DNA from: Camelus dromedarius
Taxonomy: Eukaryota
NCBI RefSeq assembly: GCF_036321535.1
Contig: NC_087438.1
Location: 1,862,001-1,926,000 of the forward strand
Direction of reading: 5' to 3'
DNA: 64,000 nt
Position 1 is the stretch's first letter. Every line of letters begins with the position of its first letter. The position numbers were made by a program, and so were the translations under genes. Below the pieces are notes generated by a model that saw nothing but the letters and a program-made list of their open reading frames with translations, was not told the DNA's origin and ran no database searches. Positions 49,346 to 61,550 of the stretch are shown piece after piece.

Positions 49346-50984
49346 AATGGGGGATAAAGGCCGTGCGCAGGGCCTGGCTCAACAAACAGCGCCTGTTTTG
49401 TACGACTCATCTTCTCAAGTGTGAGTACATTCTCCCCCGTCTCGCCACCCTTTGGAAGACATTGCATAGACTATGTGTGTTACCGAAGTGCCTGCTGGAC
49501 GACGAGATGCCGTCAGTGTGTTCAGACGCCATCTGTACAGAAAGCGACCTCCTGTGCAGGTGCCACCCCTTTCCCCAGAGGGAAGCCTGCTGGGCTGAGG
49601 GTTTCGCCTGCGTGTCTGTTTAATCGCGTCCACTACTTCCCAGTGCAAAGCTTGGCGGCTCAGGGCCGACATCCCTGCCAGGGGCGGCACCCGGGCTGCA
49701 GGGAGGGGGGCCCCGCCCAGAGGCAGAACTCAGCCCGCTTCCAGCTCTGCAGCCTCCGGGCCTGGGCCTCAGGGGCTTGTAAGGAATGCTGAGCCAACGA
49801 CAACACTAAGGCCCGTTTCCGGGGGAATAAGAGACAGCCATTATGATGAGACTGAGAAATAGGGACCATTTATTGAAGCAAAGCCAGAATGTACCCAAGC
49901 ACTGCTGCACATAATTTTCGGAAACTCGGCTGTTGCAACACCGTGCCCACTGCCTGTCCTGCCCCCATTCGGCCCCTGGAGCTTCAGCCCCACCCGCACC
50001 CCCGGACTCAGCCGTGAACCCTCGCCTAGTCCAGGAGAGCTGACAGGTCCACTGGGCTTTGGGCAAAAACAAGCCAAATCAAGGCAGCCTTGCTGCTGAG
50101 AATGTGGACGACGTGTTTACTGAGCACGTACCATGTCCTGGGATGGAAGCTAAGAGCTTTTTTCTTTTCTTCCCTTTTTTAAAAATTTAATCCTTTGAGA
50201 ACAAGCCCCTCCCTCCAGGGGCTGTACCATTTCCTTGTTCTGTGCTCAGAATACTGCGACCAGACATAAATCACTTGGCTATTTATTCTAGGAAATACTT
50301 GCTCCTGGAAGATAAGACCATTAACAGATTCGCGTAGCTTACGTATCAAGCCTTATCAAGACCCTTGCTTTTGGAGACCCTCAGCTCCCTGGACCCAGCA
50401 GCTCCAAATGAGGGTGTCACACCCTGTGCCCACTTCCAGCACGGGAGCTGCCTCCTGGCCACCCCTCAACCTCTGCCCACCCGCCCCCGGCTGCTCTGAA
50501 CCTGGGACACAGCTCTGCTCGGGTGGCAGTTCTCCGGGGGTCTTGAGGGAGGGTGAGCGAGACGCTGAGGTCATGCCCCACCCACTTCACAGACGTGGAC
50601 ACTGAGGCAGAGAGAAGATCGCTGCTCACAAAGGCAGCCTCTGTGCCCTGACCTCCCACCTTGGTTCTGCAACTGGGGTCTTGTCACTTGAGTCTCCCTC
50701 CAGCAGGCCAGTCTCAGTTTTGATTCTGGGGTCTGGGTCCCTGCCTCTGACCTCGCCCATCCCCCGCAGGACTCACGTCCACCTCTGAAGCCCAGGTAGG
50801 CCAGCCAAGGCCCGCCATCCGTGCAGCACTGCCTCCCGCCAGGGCCCGGCTCCAGGCCACGCCTGCGGGACACAGCCCTGTGCCTGTTTCTGTGGCTGGT
50901 GTCGCCGGGCCCTTCCTGGTCTGACCAGCCCGGCCACAGACTGAGCCTGGTCCCCAAGGTATGAATCTTTGGTGCTTGATATTT

Positions 50985-51164
50985 TTTAAATTATTACTTA
51001 ATTTATTTTTAATTGAAATATAGTCGATTTACAATGTTGTGTTAATTTCTGGTTACAGCAAAGTGATTCAGTTGTACACGTATATATATTTTTTTTCATT
51101 ATAGGCTGTTGCAGGTGTTGAATATAGTTCCCTGTGCTGTACAGGAGGAGCTTGCTGTTTATCT
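50985..51164 (-). mobile_element. Short L1 3' end with a perfect 12-bp TSD
   Basis: 'ttaattgaaatatagtcgatttacaatgttgtgttaatttctgg...aatatagttccctgtgctgtacag'. TSD tgcttgatattt at 50973-50984 and 51165-51176. Confidence 0.92.
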
Positions 51165-51314
51165 TGCTTGATATTTAGACACTTGAAAGTATTTCCTCTC
51201 TGGATTTCTGAATCCCATTACCCCATGTCATCAATTAAGGTAACACTTTCTAATATTCTTAAATTAAATATTTCATGACCGTTTCCGTTCTGGGGTTATT
51301 TTGAGAAGTGTTTC

Positions 51315-51512
51315 ACTTTTCTGTTGTCACTACGCTCATCACCACAAACCCAGTTTCTGGAATCTGGGGACAGGGCACAGCTTGGCGGGGCCTCTGCTCA
51401 GCGTCCCGCAGTCACAGTGTCGTCCAGGATGGCTTCTCATCAGAGGCTTGACTGGGGCAAAATCCGCTTCCACACCCCCTCAGCTGGTTGGCGCGACTGA
51501 TGTCCCTGCTGT
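51315..51512 (-). mobile_element. MaLR LTR fragment (MLT1-like)
   Basis: 'gcacagcttggcggggcctctgctcag...tctcatcagaggcttgactggggcaaaatccgcttcca'. It probably continues at about 52090-52315. Confidence 0.6.
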
Positions 51513-53325
51513 GATGGCATCGTCCTGTGTTTCCTCAAGGTTTTGTATTTGTCTATCAGACATCCATTCATTGCAGGAATGAATTCATTATATTTGCTGA
51601 GTTATTGGCACCCGGACAGCTGGGGGCCTTTGGGTCAGGAGGGAGACCACCCCGCCAAGGCTGAGCCCTAATGATAATTGAGCACGCCTGTCAGCCGGCC
51701 CCATGCCTGCAGCCCCAGCCGCCTCCTTGCTGAGACTCTCACACACAAGCCAGTGTTCCCCTGCCCGCATCAGCCCAGGGCCAGGTCCCAGGCACCCAGG
51801 ACAGCTTCCGTCACAGCCCACGGCCCAGCAGGATTGCCCAAACCAGCCCTAGGCTGTTTACTCTGCCTGCCTTTCCTGTCCCAGGAAACCCCAAAAGGCT
51901 CTGGGTGGGCCTCCTCCCCGCACCGCTCCTGACCCCCTGGCTTTCCTGTGGCCGTGCGTGGTGGGCGGGGCACGCCGCACCTTCCTCTCGTGGAACAGGT
52001 GACTTCTCTCGGCGGCATCAGCCTCTCCATGTTGCCAACAGGTCATAAATCTGTAAATCAAATCCCCGCTGCAATTTAGAACAAGGGTGCGTGGCAGGCC
52101 TCTTCTTCAAAGCCAGAGCAGAGCGACAGACGCTGGAGTGAGTCTGCTGGCTACTGGCAAGGTGGGGTCTCACACACCCTCGCCTCCCGCGGTGGCGCCC
52201 CTCACCCAGGCCACATTCTGTTGGTTAGAAGCAGCCACAGGTCCCCACACGCACGGGGAGGGGGTCTCCACCAGGACCAGGATCGTGGGACCACCGTAAA
52301 GTTTGTCCTCAGCCGTAAGCATTTTTAGAAAGATCATGTGAATCGAGTGAAAAAAGTGAAGCACAACTGACATGTGAGTTTTACTGACTCACACGCTCAG
52401 TTCCCAGGGCTTGTGACTCAGTAAACATGAGCTTGGACACTGGGCATCCCTAATCTGCGGGAAATGCACACGCGCAGCGGCAGTGACGTGCCCAGCTCGG
52501 CGATGTGCCTGGCTCAGTGGGTGTTCACTTTGATTTAGTGGATTAAGTGTCTGATTCGGCAGAAAATTCGTGTTGTGTCAACAGGTGAGGAGCACATGTG
52601 ATTTCGCCTCTGATGGGTACGGCTCTACCGGTGATCTGCTTCCTTCTGGTCGGTGTTTATTTTTCCTGTGAATGATTTATCTGCTTTAGAATGAGCTGTG
52701 TCAACTGCTGCACATGGTATATTAATTTCAGGGTGTTATGCAAACATTTCCTCCATAATATACCTTATTCCATCTTTATTTGCTTTCACTGGCAACATCA
52801 TATCCTTTTTTTATTTGAATTAAGTAGCTTTCTTCTCAGCAGGGTGTAGAGGACGGGACTGGGGCACGTGGAAGACGAGGTCTCCTTTAAAACCATTTTT
52901 ATTAACTCTCATCTGAGAGTGTTAGCACATTAAGCATTTTGTTTCTAATATTCCAAAATTTACTGTTGTTTTAATTCCAGAAATCTGGGGTTTAGCTTTT
53001 CTGTAGTTATAATCAAATGCTGCCTCACTGAAATGTTACAGGAGTTTTAAACTATTTAAAAATGACCTCATGACATATCGGGTGGCTTAATGAGGTCAGG
53101 GGAGGTGGGGTGTGACTGCTCACGGTCCAGCCAGGACGTGGGCACAGGGAGCCGGTGGGAGCTCACAGACCAAGGGCAGCCAGAGAGAAGGAGGGCACAG
53201 TGGGCGGGCTCATCAGAGCACTGGTTCTCCTCCCCTGGAGGGGAATCTTTGGGCCTGTTTCCAAATACCAGTGCTCTCCTGATCCTGTCTCAAACCCCAA
53301 AGTCACACTAGTGCTCCATCCAGAA

Positions 53326-53498
53326 CCATCACTGTACACCAGGCAGTGCCCGGTCTGGGGCCATCACTGTACACCGGGCGGTGCCCGGTCTGGGGCCATC
53401 ACTGTACACCGGGCGGTGCCCGGTCTGGGGCCATCACTGTACACCGGGCGGTGCCCGGTCTGGGGCCATCACTGTACACCGGGCGATGCCTGGTCTGG
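53326..53498. repeat. GC-rich minisatellite, 35-bp unit, about 4.9 copies
   Basis: Unit ccatcactgtacaccgggcggtgcccggtctgggg starts at 53326, 53361, 53396, 53431 and 53466. Confidence 0.97.
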
Positions 53499-53674
53499 TT
53501 GCATTTATGACACATTAAAGAAGTTCTAAACTGCTTAAAGATAGCCTTGAGTGCAGACACCTCGCTTTGCCACTCACAGGCTGACACGCATAATGTAAGG
53601 TAACACAGCAAACATACGTGAAATAACAATAGAACAGTGCCAGACCCAGAACCATCATTCCGTGTGTGTGTGTG

Positions 53675-56270
53675 ATTTTGTAGTGTAAGATGCATACAGT
53701 GAAATGTTCAACTTTAAATGTACCATTTCCCCATTTCATAAATTTATTTAAAAACACAGACTGTATCCATCACCCCAGAATTCAGGTGTCTTCCATGCCC
53801 CTTGCCAGTCGGTCTGCTTCACCCTGGAAGCAGTCCCCTCCCCGCCTTCTGTGCCACGTGTTACTTTTGCTGCTTCTGGAGAACTCCGCGGAGGTGGGGT
53901 CAGCGGCACCGAGCCCGCGGGTTGCGGTCTGTCACCGAGCAGAGCGGCTCTGACGTCGTCTGGGCTGTACCGACACCGCGTCGCTGTGATTCTGAACAGC
54001 CTCCCTGGGGGTGAGCAGGGCCCAGGCGACGTGTCCCTCCTCCGGTGGACGTTCTCCCAGCTCTGGCTGCTGAGAATGAAGCCGCTGTGACCGTTGCTGC
54101 GCGGGGCTTTGGTGGCTGCGATTTCCCTCGCCTTGGGTAAGCGCTGGGGGTGCTCACGGTGAGCGCCGCCGCCGAGCGGGCGGAAGCACGCCTGGAAGCT
54201 CAAGGAGCCTCCGGAGCCGCTTTACTGTGTGGCCGTCCCGCCCCCAGCGGGCGTCCCGGGCGCTCCGTGCACTGCGCGCGCTGCTGCCCTGCTGCTCCCA
54301 GACGTCAAGTCGTCGCCTTGCTGGGCACGTGGCGCTCGGCTGCTTCAGCTCGCGGAGGCCGGACGGTGCTGGGCGCCCCCTCGGTTGCCTTGTCGTGCCT
54401 GCTTTGTGTCTCTGCCGTTCTGCCTCCTGTGTGTTTTTCTCGGGTTGCTTGTCTTTCCCGCTTGCTGCGTTGCGGGAGTCCTTTCTGTCCCGTAGTTCCA
54501 GGTCTGTCAGTTACCTTACTCCTAACGCTTTCTCCCACTTGCTGAGAAGGTGTTGTGGTTTTTGTTTAGTTTCGTTTTGGTTTGAGGTTTCGGTTTTTGT
54601 TTTGTTTTTTGGTGAGCAGACATTTTTAATTATGATTAATTTCAATTTATCAATAGTTTATTTTATGACTCAAGCTCTTTGGACACTTCGAGGAAATCTT
54701 TGCTTACCTCGTGATTCAGAAGAAGTTCTTCAGTTTTTTCCTGGAAGATTTACTGTTTGCACTTACATTTAGGTCTATGAACTGCCCTAAACTGGTTTGT
54801 GCACAGTGCAGGACACCAGCAAAGGCTTTTTGTTGGTTTGATTCTTGTTTCGGCATGTGAGGACTTAGCTATTGAAGTGCTATTTACTGAAGAAACTCTC
54901 CTTTTTTCATGAAGTTTCTTTGGCACTTTCGTTGAAAATCATTTGCTCTCTTATGTGGATCTGTTTCTGGATTTCTTACATTGTTCCACAGATGCATTCT
55001 GAGATCATTGCTCTCATATTATGTCACTTTAATTACCCACACTTTTGTAGTAAGTTTTGAATTCATGGAGACTATTTCCTTCATTCTTTTGGGGAGTGTA
55101 TGTATGTGCACTATTTTTGGTCATTTGTCTTTTTCAAAAAAATTTAAATTATCTTGTCAATTTCTAGAAAAAATTTGTTAAAATTTTACTGAAATTGCAT
55201 TGATAGAGATCAGTTTAGGGAAAACTGGTATCTTAGCAATACTGAGTCCTTTAGCACATATATCTCTCCCTAATTAAATGTTCTTCAATTTACTTCATCT
55301 GCATTTTATAATTTCCAGTGTGGAGTCTTATAAACTTTTTACTTCTACTATAGAGTTGATATTTTTGATGATACTGTCAATGGTTTTGGTTTTTCAGTCT
55401 AACTTTCTAACTGTCCATTTCAAGCATACACAAATATGCCTCCTTAATGTGGAGTACTGCCATGGGTTAAATTCACCTGTTTCAGCAATGATCTTAGAGA
55501 CTCCTGAGGCTCTTCCACCTCCACTAGTGTGAGGTCTGCGACCCAGTCCCACCTCTTCCCGCCTGAAGTCGTTTATCGTCTTCCTGCACTGGTTAGAGCC
55601 TCCACATCGACGCTGCGTGGAGGCGATGGGAGGGGGCTTCCTGGTGGTCTCTGGCCTGAGGCAGAAAGCACTCGGTTCTTCACCGTCAGTGGGACGCGGG
55701 CTGTGGACCCTTCACCGGGCGCCTTTATCCTTTGATGATGTTCCCTTCTTCTTCTGTGCGGCTTTATTATGTGCACTTTATATTTTGGCAGATTTTCCCT
55801 ACATTTATTAACATGATTCTACGCCCTCTTTTCTCCCTCAGTCTTTAATGTGGTGGATCATACAGACTAACTTCTGTATGATAAACTGATCTCACATCTG
55901 GAAGATAATATATTGTCCATTGCATATATTGCTGCATTCAGTTTTTAATATTTTTTGAGAATTTTTGTGTCTATGTTTATGAGGGACATTGGAGTTTAAT
56001 TTTTTGGCTTTGTTTTCAGGGCACTAATGGCCTTGTGAAATGATTTAGAAAGTGTTTCCTTCTTCTCTAAGTTTTGAAAGAGTTTGTTTAGAATTGGAAT
56101 TATTTCTCCCTTAAATATTTGATAGAATTATAAACAGTAAAACTCTCTGAGCTTGACATTTTCTGTGGTAAGATTTTAAATTCTAATGATTTTAGTTTTC
56201 TGAATGGAACAAGGCTGTTTAGATTTTTAATTTCTTCTTGAGTCAATTTTTTTAAAAAAAAATCAACTTC
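53675..56270 (-). mobile_element. Ancient L1 (L1MB/MC-like) 3' end and ORF2, with locally GC-converted segments
   Basis: Collinear antisense L1 motifs 'ccatcaccccagaa', 'ctttggcactttcgttgaaaatca', 'gaaattgcattgatagagatcagtttaggg' and 'tttttgtgtctatgtttatgagggacattgg'. Confidence 0.8.
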
Positions 56271-56360
56271 ATTTCAATTGTTTATTTGCATATTTCCAAT
56301 AGATAAATGAGGGTGGTGTAGAGTTGAAGGTACTAGAAGAAATGTTGAATTCATATTGCC

Positions 56361-56735
56361 TTTTTTAAATATGTATTTTTATTGAAGTGCAGTCAGTTTA
56401 CAACACTGTATCAATTTCTGGTGAACAGCACAGTGCGGCCATCATATAGGGACACACATATATTCATTTCCATACTCTCTTTCCCCATAGGATGCTATAA
56501 GGTATTGCATACAGTTCCCTGTGCTGTGCAGTATGAACTTGTTGTTTATCTATTTTATATATATTAGTCAGTATCTGCAAATCTCGAACTCCCAATTTGT
56601 CCCTCCCCACCCCCTTGTCCCCCCGGTAACCATAAGTTTGTTTTCTATGTCTGTTTCTGTTTTGTAAATAAGTTCGTGTTTTTTTTTTTTTTTTTAAGAT
56701 TCCATATATAAGTGATGTCATGCGGTAATTTTCTG
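56361..56735 (-). mobile_element. L1 3' UTR fragment (camelid-type)
   Basis: 'ttttattgaagtgcagtcagtttacaa...gtatctgcaaatctcgaactcccaatttgtccctcc...gattccatatataagtgat'. Confidence 0.92.
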
Positions 56736-56999
56736 ATTTGGGCAGTTTTGGGACATTGGGCAGATCTAATTTCGCCACACAGTGTCTGTGTCTTCATCCC
56801 AGAAAGTAAATTGTCGAGGGCAGAGGTTACAGTCAGTTTTGGCCACTGTGGCACCTGCACCCTGAGTAGCTCCCAGTGCAGACAGCGCCCCCAGTAAGCA
56901 CATGGTCAACAGGCAGCTAATGCCTGGTGACCTGCAGGAAACCCGCAGTAGAATCCAGCTCAGGCTCATCTGGGAGCAACGTGAGGATAACTTCCTCCG

Positions 57000-57433
57000 T
57001 GTACAGATCCCTGGGGCCGCCATGCGAGCTCCCACAGACGGGGAGACTTAGACAACAAGAATGGACCCTCCTGAGCTTGGGGGATGGAGTCCATCCTCAG
57101 GCTGTGAGCAGGGGTGTGCTCCCTCCAGCGGCCCTGAGGGGGATCCGTTCCTGCCTCTTCCAGCCCTGCTGGGTGCAGGTGTCCTGGGCTTGTCACTGCG
57201 GTCTCTGCTCCATCGTCTCCTGGTCTTCTCCCCCACTGTGAATGTCTCCCTGCCTCTGCCTCCCCCTGACAGAAACACCTGTGATGGCACTTAGGGCACG
57301 TCTGGCTCATTTAGGATGTGCTCCTCGTCTCAAAATCCTTAACTCAGTCTCATCGTTTGCCCTAAAAGTTAACACACACACGCGTTTCAAGGATTTGGAT
57401 GTGGAATCTTTGGGACCAGTGTCCACCACCACA
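57000..57433 (-). mobile_element. MaLR solo LTR (MLT1-like)
   Basis: 'gagggggatccgttcctgcctcttccagc', 'acacctgtgatggcacttaggg' and 'tctcaaaatccttaactcag', ending in ...ccaccaca. Confidence 0.75.
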
Positions 57434-60400
57434 TGGCCCCCATTCCCATAGTGAGATGGGGGCATCTATTCCAGTCTTTGCTTCTCATAGGAGCTGGCAT
57501 TGACGCAGGAGCCGGTCACTCCCAGGGACCCCCTTCTGTGCTGCTTGAGACACCAGCACGTGTAACAAGGAGCCTGGCCTTTCAGGACGACCAGTCGCTA
57601 ATGGAAGAGCCCACGCTTCTGTCATCAGCCCCAAATGTGTTTTACATTCTTGCAGATGGAATACCTTTTGTAGCAAAGTGTAAGTGGTTATGGGACTGTT
57701 AGGAACAGAAACCTTTGCTTCTACTTCTGAGCCACTTCAGTCCGTGACACAAAGCACAGAGAAAAGGACAAACCCCTGCACATCGGGTCACATGAAGGCA
57801 GTGCCTGCAGTCTCCAAACTATTCGGTTTCAATAGGTTCCTCTTGTCTACACATCGCTCGGGGCTTCAAGTTTTGGGCAGGTTTTAAGGTAAACAGAGCC
57901 TGAATTCCAAGCCGCCCCTGTACCCGTGATGACCCCGGCTTTATTAGTAATGAGAGCTGATGACATCATCTTTTGACAGCCATGATCTTTAACCTGGTTT
58001 GATCTAAACCAGACTCCTTGGGGATGATATCATTAAGGTAAATCCCTGGAAAGAGCCCTGGCCTCCTCAGTGTAAACCGCTGAGGGGCATCGAGTTACTG
58101 GGAATGGCTTCGCCATCACGCTTTCCTTCCGTGGGCAACGCAGACTGGGTCAAACTGCGGAGAAGGGCCGGGGATTATGGGCGCTGTTTTCAGTAATAAC
58201 ACCCCAAACCACAGCAGAATTCTAATCACGCATACGGGCAGACTGTTTAAATATGGCTTTTGTCCTTCTCTGACAGGTTTAAGTTCTGAGAGTTTACACG
58301 TCACCCCATGTTTGGAAAGAATGCCTGACGTGTATACAGAGTTGAAATATACCCAGCGTCCCGTGTGCAGGATGAGACGGAGGCACCTCTATGAGTGTGC
58401 CACCTAGCTTGAGCAGTCCCTCGTGAAAACAATCTACAGGTCACATTTATATGAGCCAAGAATGGTACACGTGCATCCACATCTCTACCACCTTGGCCCC
58501 AAGTCCTGGCCATGTCATCTGTCCCCTGCCCCGGGAGAGCCTCCTTCCTGAGCTGCCGGCTTCCGCTGGCATCCTCGCCGAAGCCCTTCTCTATGTGACC
58601 CCGAAGCACTGACGCGGGTGTGTCTAGGCTGAAGCAGACCTATAGCCATGCTCGCCTCTGCTGGCCAGCCTCACGTATTTTTTGGTAGCTATATACATAT
58701 TTATGCAACCACAATGCTTATCAACAGCGTTCACAGCTAACTTGATAAGCTATTTCCATAAAGAATTAGCATGCTTTTCTTCACTCTGAGCTAGGCAGCA
58801 GACTTTAATGTCTTCCTGCCCTTAAATCTCTTCCCAGGCCATACATACGATTTTCAAGAAAAGGCTCAACAAACTCTTCAGAAGAGAAACGCAGTAGATC
58901 TCAAATCATTAGAGAAACTACTTTATACTCGAGGTAAACACGGACCTAATCCTGCCGCAAAGGTAAGTCTGCGCCATGGTAGATTCTCCCACTGACCTTT
59001 GTGAAGCTGCTGGGTGATTCGCGTGCTAATGGGGAGGAACAAAGCCCTGGACCACTGGGCTTGTGCAGACGTGCACGTGTGAGCCCAGGGGCCTCCTGGC
59101 TTCCATCACTCACTGCCGCCCTCCTAGCAGGACCCTCCGGAGAAGTCATCTGCTTTGCTCATCTCTGTGCTCGCCACGTCTCCCCTGCCTCGGGCTCCGA
59201 GTGTCCGGAAATTGGCGGCAGAATCTCCAATCACTGGTTCCAAGTCTGGTCGCAGTGGGAGGACTTCCCCTTCCCCCGCCAGGAGCCTGGACGAATTATC
59301 TTTTTGCCCATTGGTTCTGATCTGGCCCCAGCCCATTTCCGAGTAGTAAGTTGGTGCAGCTGAGAATTGCCCTGTACCCGTTCCCTCCTGCCCTGTGGAC
59401 CAGGAATGGGCAGGTTGGATCCCGAGGGAGGGCAGTGGGCGGGGTCACCGCGTGTTCCCCAACCCGTCCCTGAACCAGGGGGAGGCGGCGGGCAGTGGTG
59501 ACGCACTGGCTGGCACCAGGGGCAGAAGGCTGGTATCCAAGGCCCTTCCTGGGTACCAGTTCCTGGTTGGGTGAGAAGGTTGCAGGATACCCAGTGCCTC
59601 CTGGCTGGGTTTCCTCAACTGTGAAGTGGGAGGGACGCCAACATGCCCCCCGCAGGAGTGCACATCCTTGTGTCACGTTTGCAAAGTGCGAGCTAATCTG
59701 CTGCGGCTTCTCCCTGACAGTGGAGCCGCATCAGGGGCTGAGGGAGGGCTGGGCTTTGTCTGCGGCCCTGGACCCGAGTCTCGCCATGTTAGTACCAGCG
59801 CCGTGCCCCCTCCGGCTTTAAAGCCAGGAGTTTCTGACACTTTAACACGGTGTAACTTAATCGTGTGTGATTTATGTAGCCATCAGAAGCAACAGCAACA
59901 TCTCCATCCTGGAAACAAATCAAAGTTCAGATATGGGTGCAAACACTAATTACTTTTAACAAGTGCGGGAGAAAGGTGAGGGGAGGCCGGGACTGCGTTT
60001 GGCCCCGACAGACAGCCGGGCGATAACTCAAGTATTTTTAACACCCGGCGAGGAGAACTGCCCGGCTGGGGAAGTTTCAGGAAGGGCCCATCCACCGCCG
60101 ACCCGCCCTTTGAAGTGTCCAACGTGAGAAGTGGGCCACATCCATCTTTACAGCCTGGAGTCCCGCGGGCTGCTTTGGGTTAGCGAAGGAATGTGCACTT
60201 ACTTGAAACCTGACCCCGGGGCCCCTCAGAGGCTGGGCCGGGGGGGGGGGGCAGGAGTGACCTTGTAAATTTAGAGAGCGGCTGGGCCAGCACTCGGAGC
60301 AAATTATTACAGCAGCGGTGATTTCCTGACTTGAAGAAAGCAGAGGGCACGTCTTTAAGCCCTGCCGGGTCAGCCTTCCCCTTAAAGACCAGTGTGAGAA

Positions 60401-61550
60401 CAGGAGCCTCCGGAGAGTTAGGGCGACCCCGGGGCGAGGCTGCGACTACAGGGGGGCTGCTGGGCAGGGGAAGGGAGGCTGGAAACGGGGAAGCCTGGGC
60501 CCCCCCCCCCCCCCGCACGCGCGGGCCCCTGTCACGAGAGAGCCCGGCCTCAGGAAATCTCTGTGCCCGAAGCGCAACCCACCCAGCAGCTGGTTGAGCG
60601 TGCTTCTGCACCAGAAGTTCAGACCATTCTCTTTAAAATGTGACCACAGCCGCACAGGCCCCCGGAGCAGCCGGCACCCAGGGAGCGTAGAAAACGTGCA
60701 AAATGCGGAAAACGCAGCTCTGCTGACAGGACCCAGGGCTGCACAGATGCTCTGCGACCCCGCCCCCAAGGGAGCAGCCCCAAGTGGGTCGTGCATACGG
60801 GGTTCCCTCTATTTAAGGCTGGAGAATGAGGAACAAGGAGGACTTTGCAGAGGTGCTTTACAGATTTAACAGTTTAGAAGTGGGAGAAAGCAGGTTTCCC
60901 CGGGCAGCTCCAAGAGGAAGTGAGCACACGGACCCGGGGAACTTGAATTTACCAGGGCGCGTGGCGACCTGTGGGTGCACAGCCAGGAGGGCCACGCTCT
61001 TGCCCAGCGACGCGCCCGGCGGTCACAGGGCCTGCAGGAGGTCCTCACTGTGCAGCCCGGTCTTCTCGGCCTCCCACCCGCTTTCCTAAGGGATGTAGTC
61101 TGCTCCTCAGGGCTGGAGCCCCATGGGACGGGTCCTGTCCGGTTGGCACCACCAGGGGCCTTGGGCTCTGCCACCTGTGTTGTTTAGCGGTTTAGTTTGA
61201 GCCCTTTGGTGGCAAGACACCTATGCATGTTGTCTAAACGTAGAGAGAAAAAGGGAAAACGGCTCCCTGCAGAGCCGTGCCAGCCGCCCGCCTGCTGCAT
61301 CCTACTCTCAGCCTGGAGGGGCTGCTCGGTGCGCGGTGGGCCCTGCCCGGTGGGGATACAGATATGGACGCTTTTCACTGGAGACTTCCATTCATCAGGT
61401 CCACCCCCCGATGGCTTGGGACACCCCCAGGGGAGGATGCATAGAAGATGGGGGTTCAGAGAAAGCTGAGGAAGGGGAGCAGACACAGGGTAAAGGTCCC
61501 TGCTCCCTCAACAGACTTCACTGGCTTAGGGACAGACACCCAAAATGCTC

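Noticed and set aside
53326..53498. 35-bp repeats as a possible CRISPR array
   Set aside because: The units are head-to-tail with no unique spacers, there are no cas genes, and the context is mammalian.
53748..54772. Cluster of 100-180-aa ORFs suggesting a CpG-island first exon
   Set aside because: The underlying DNA is GC-converted L1, and loss of stop codons follows from the GC shift.
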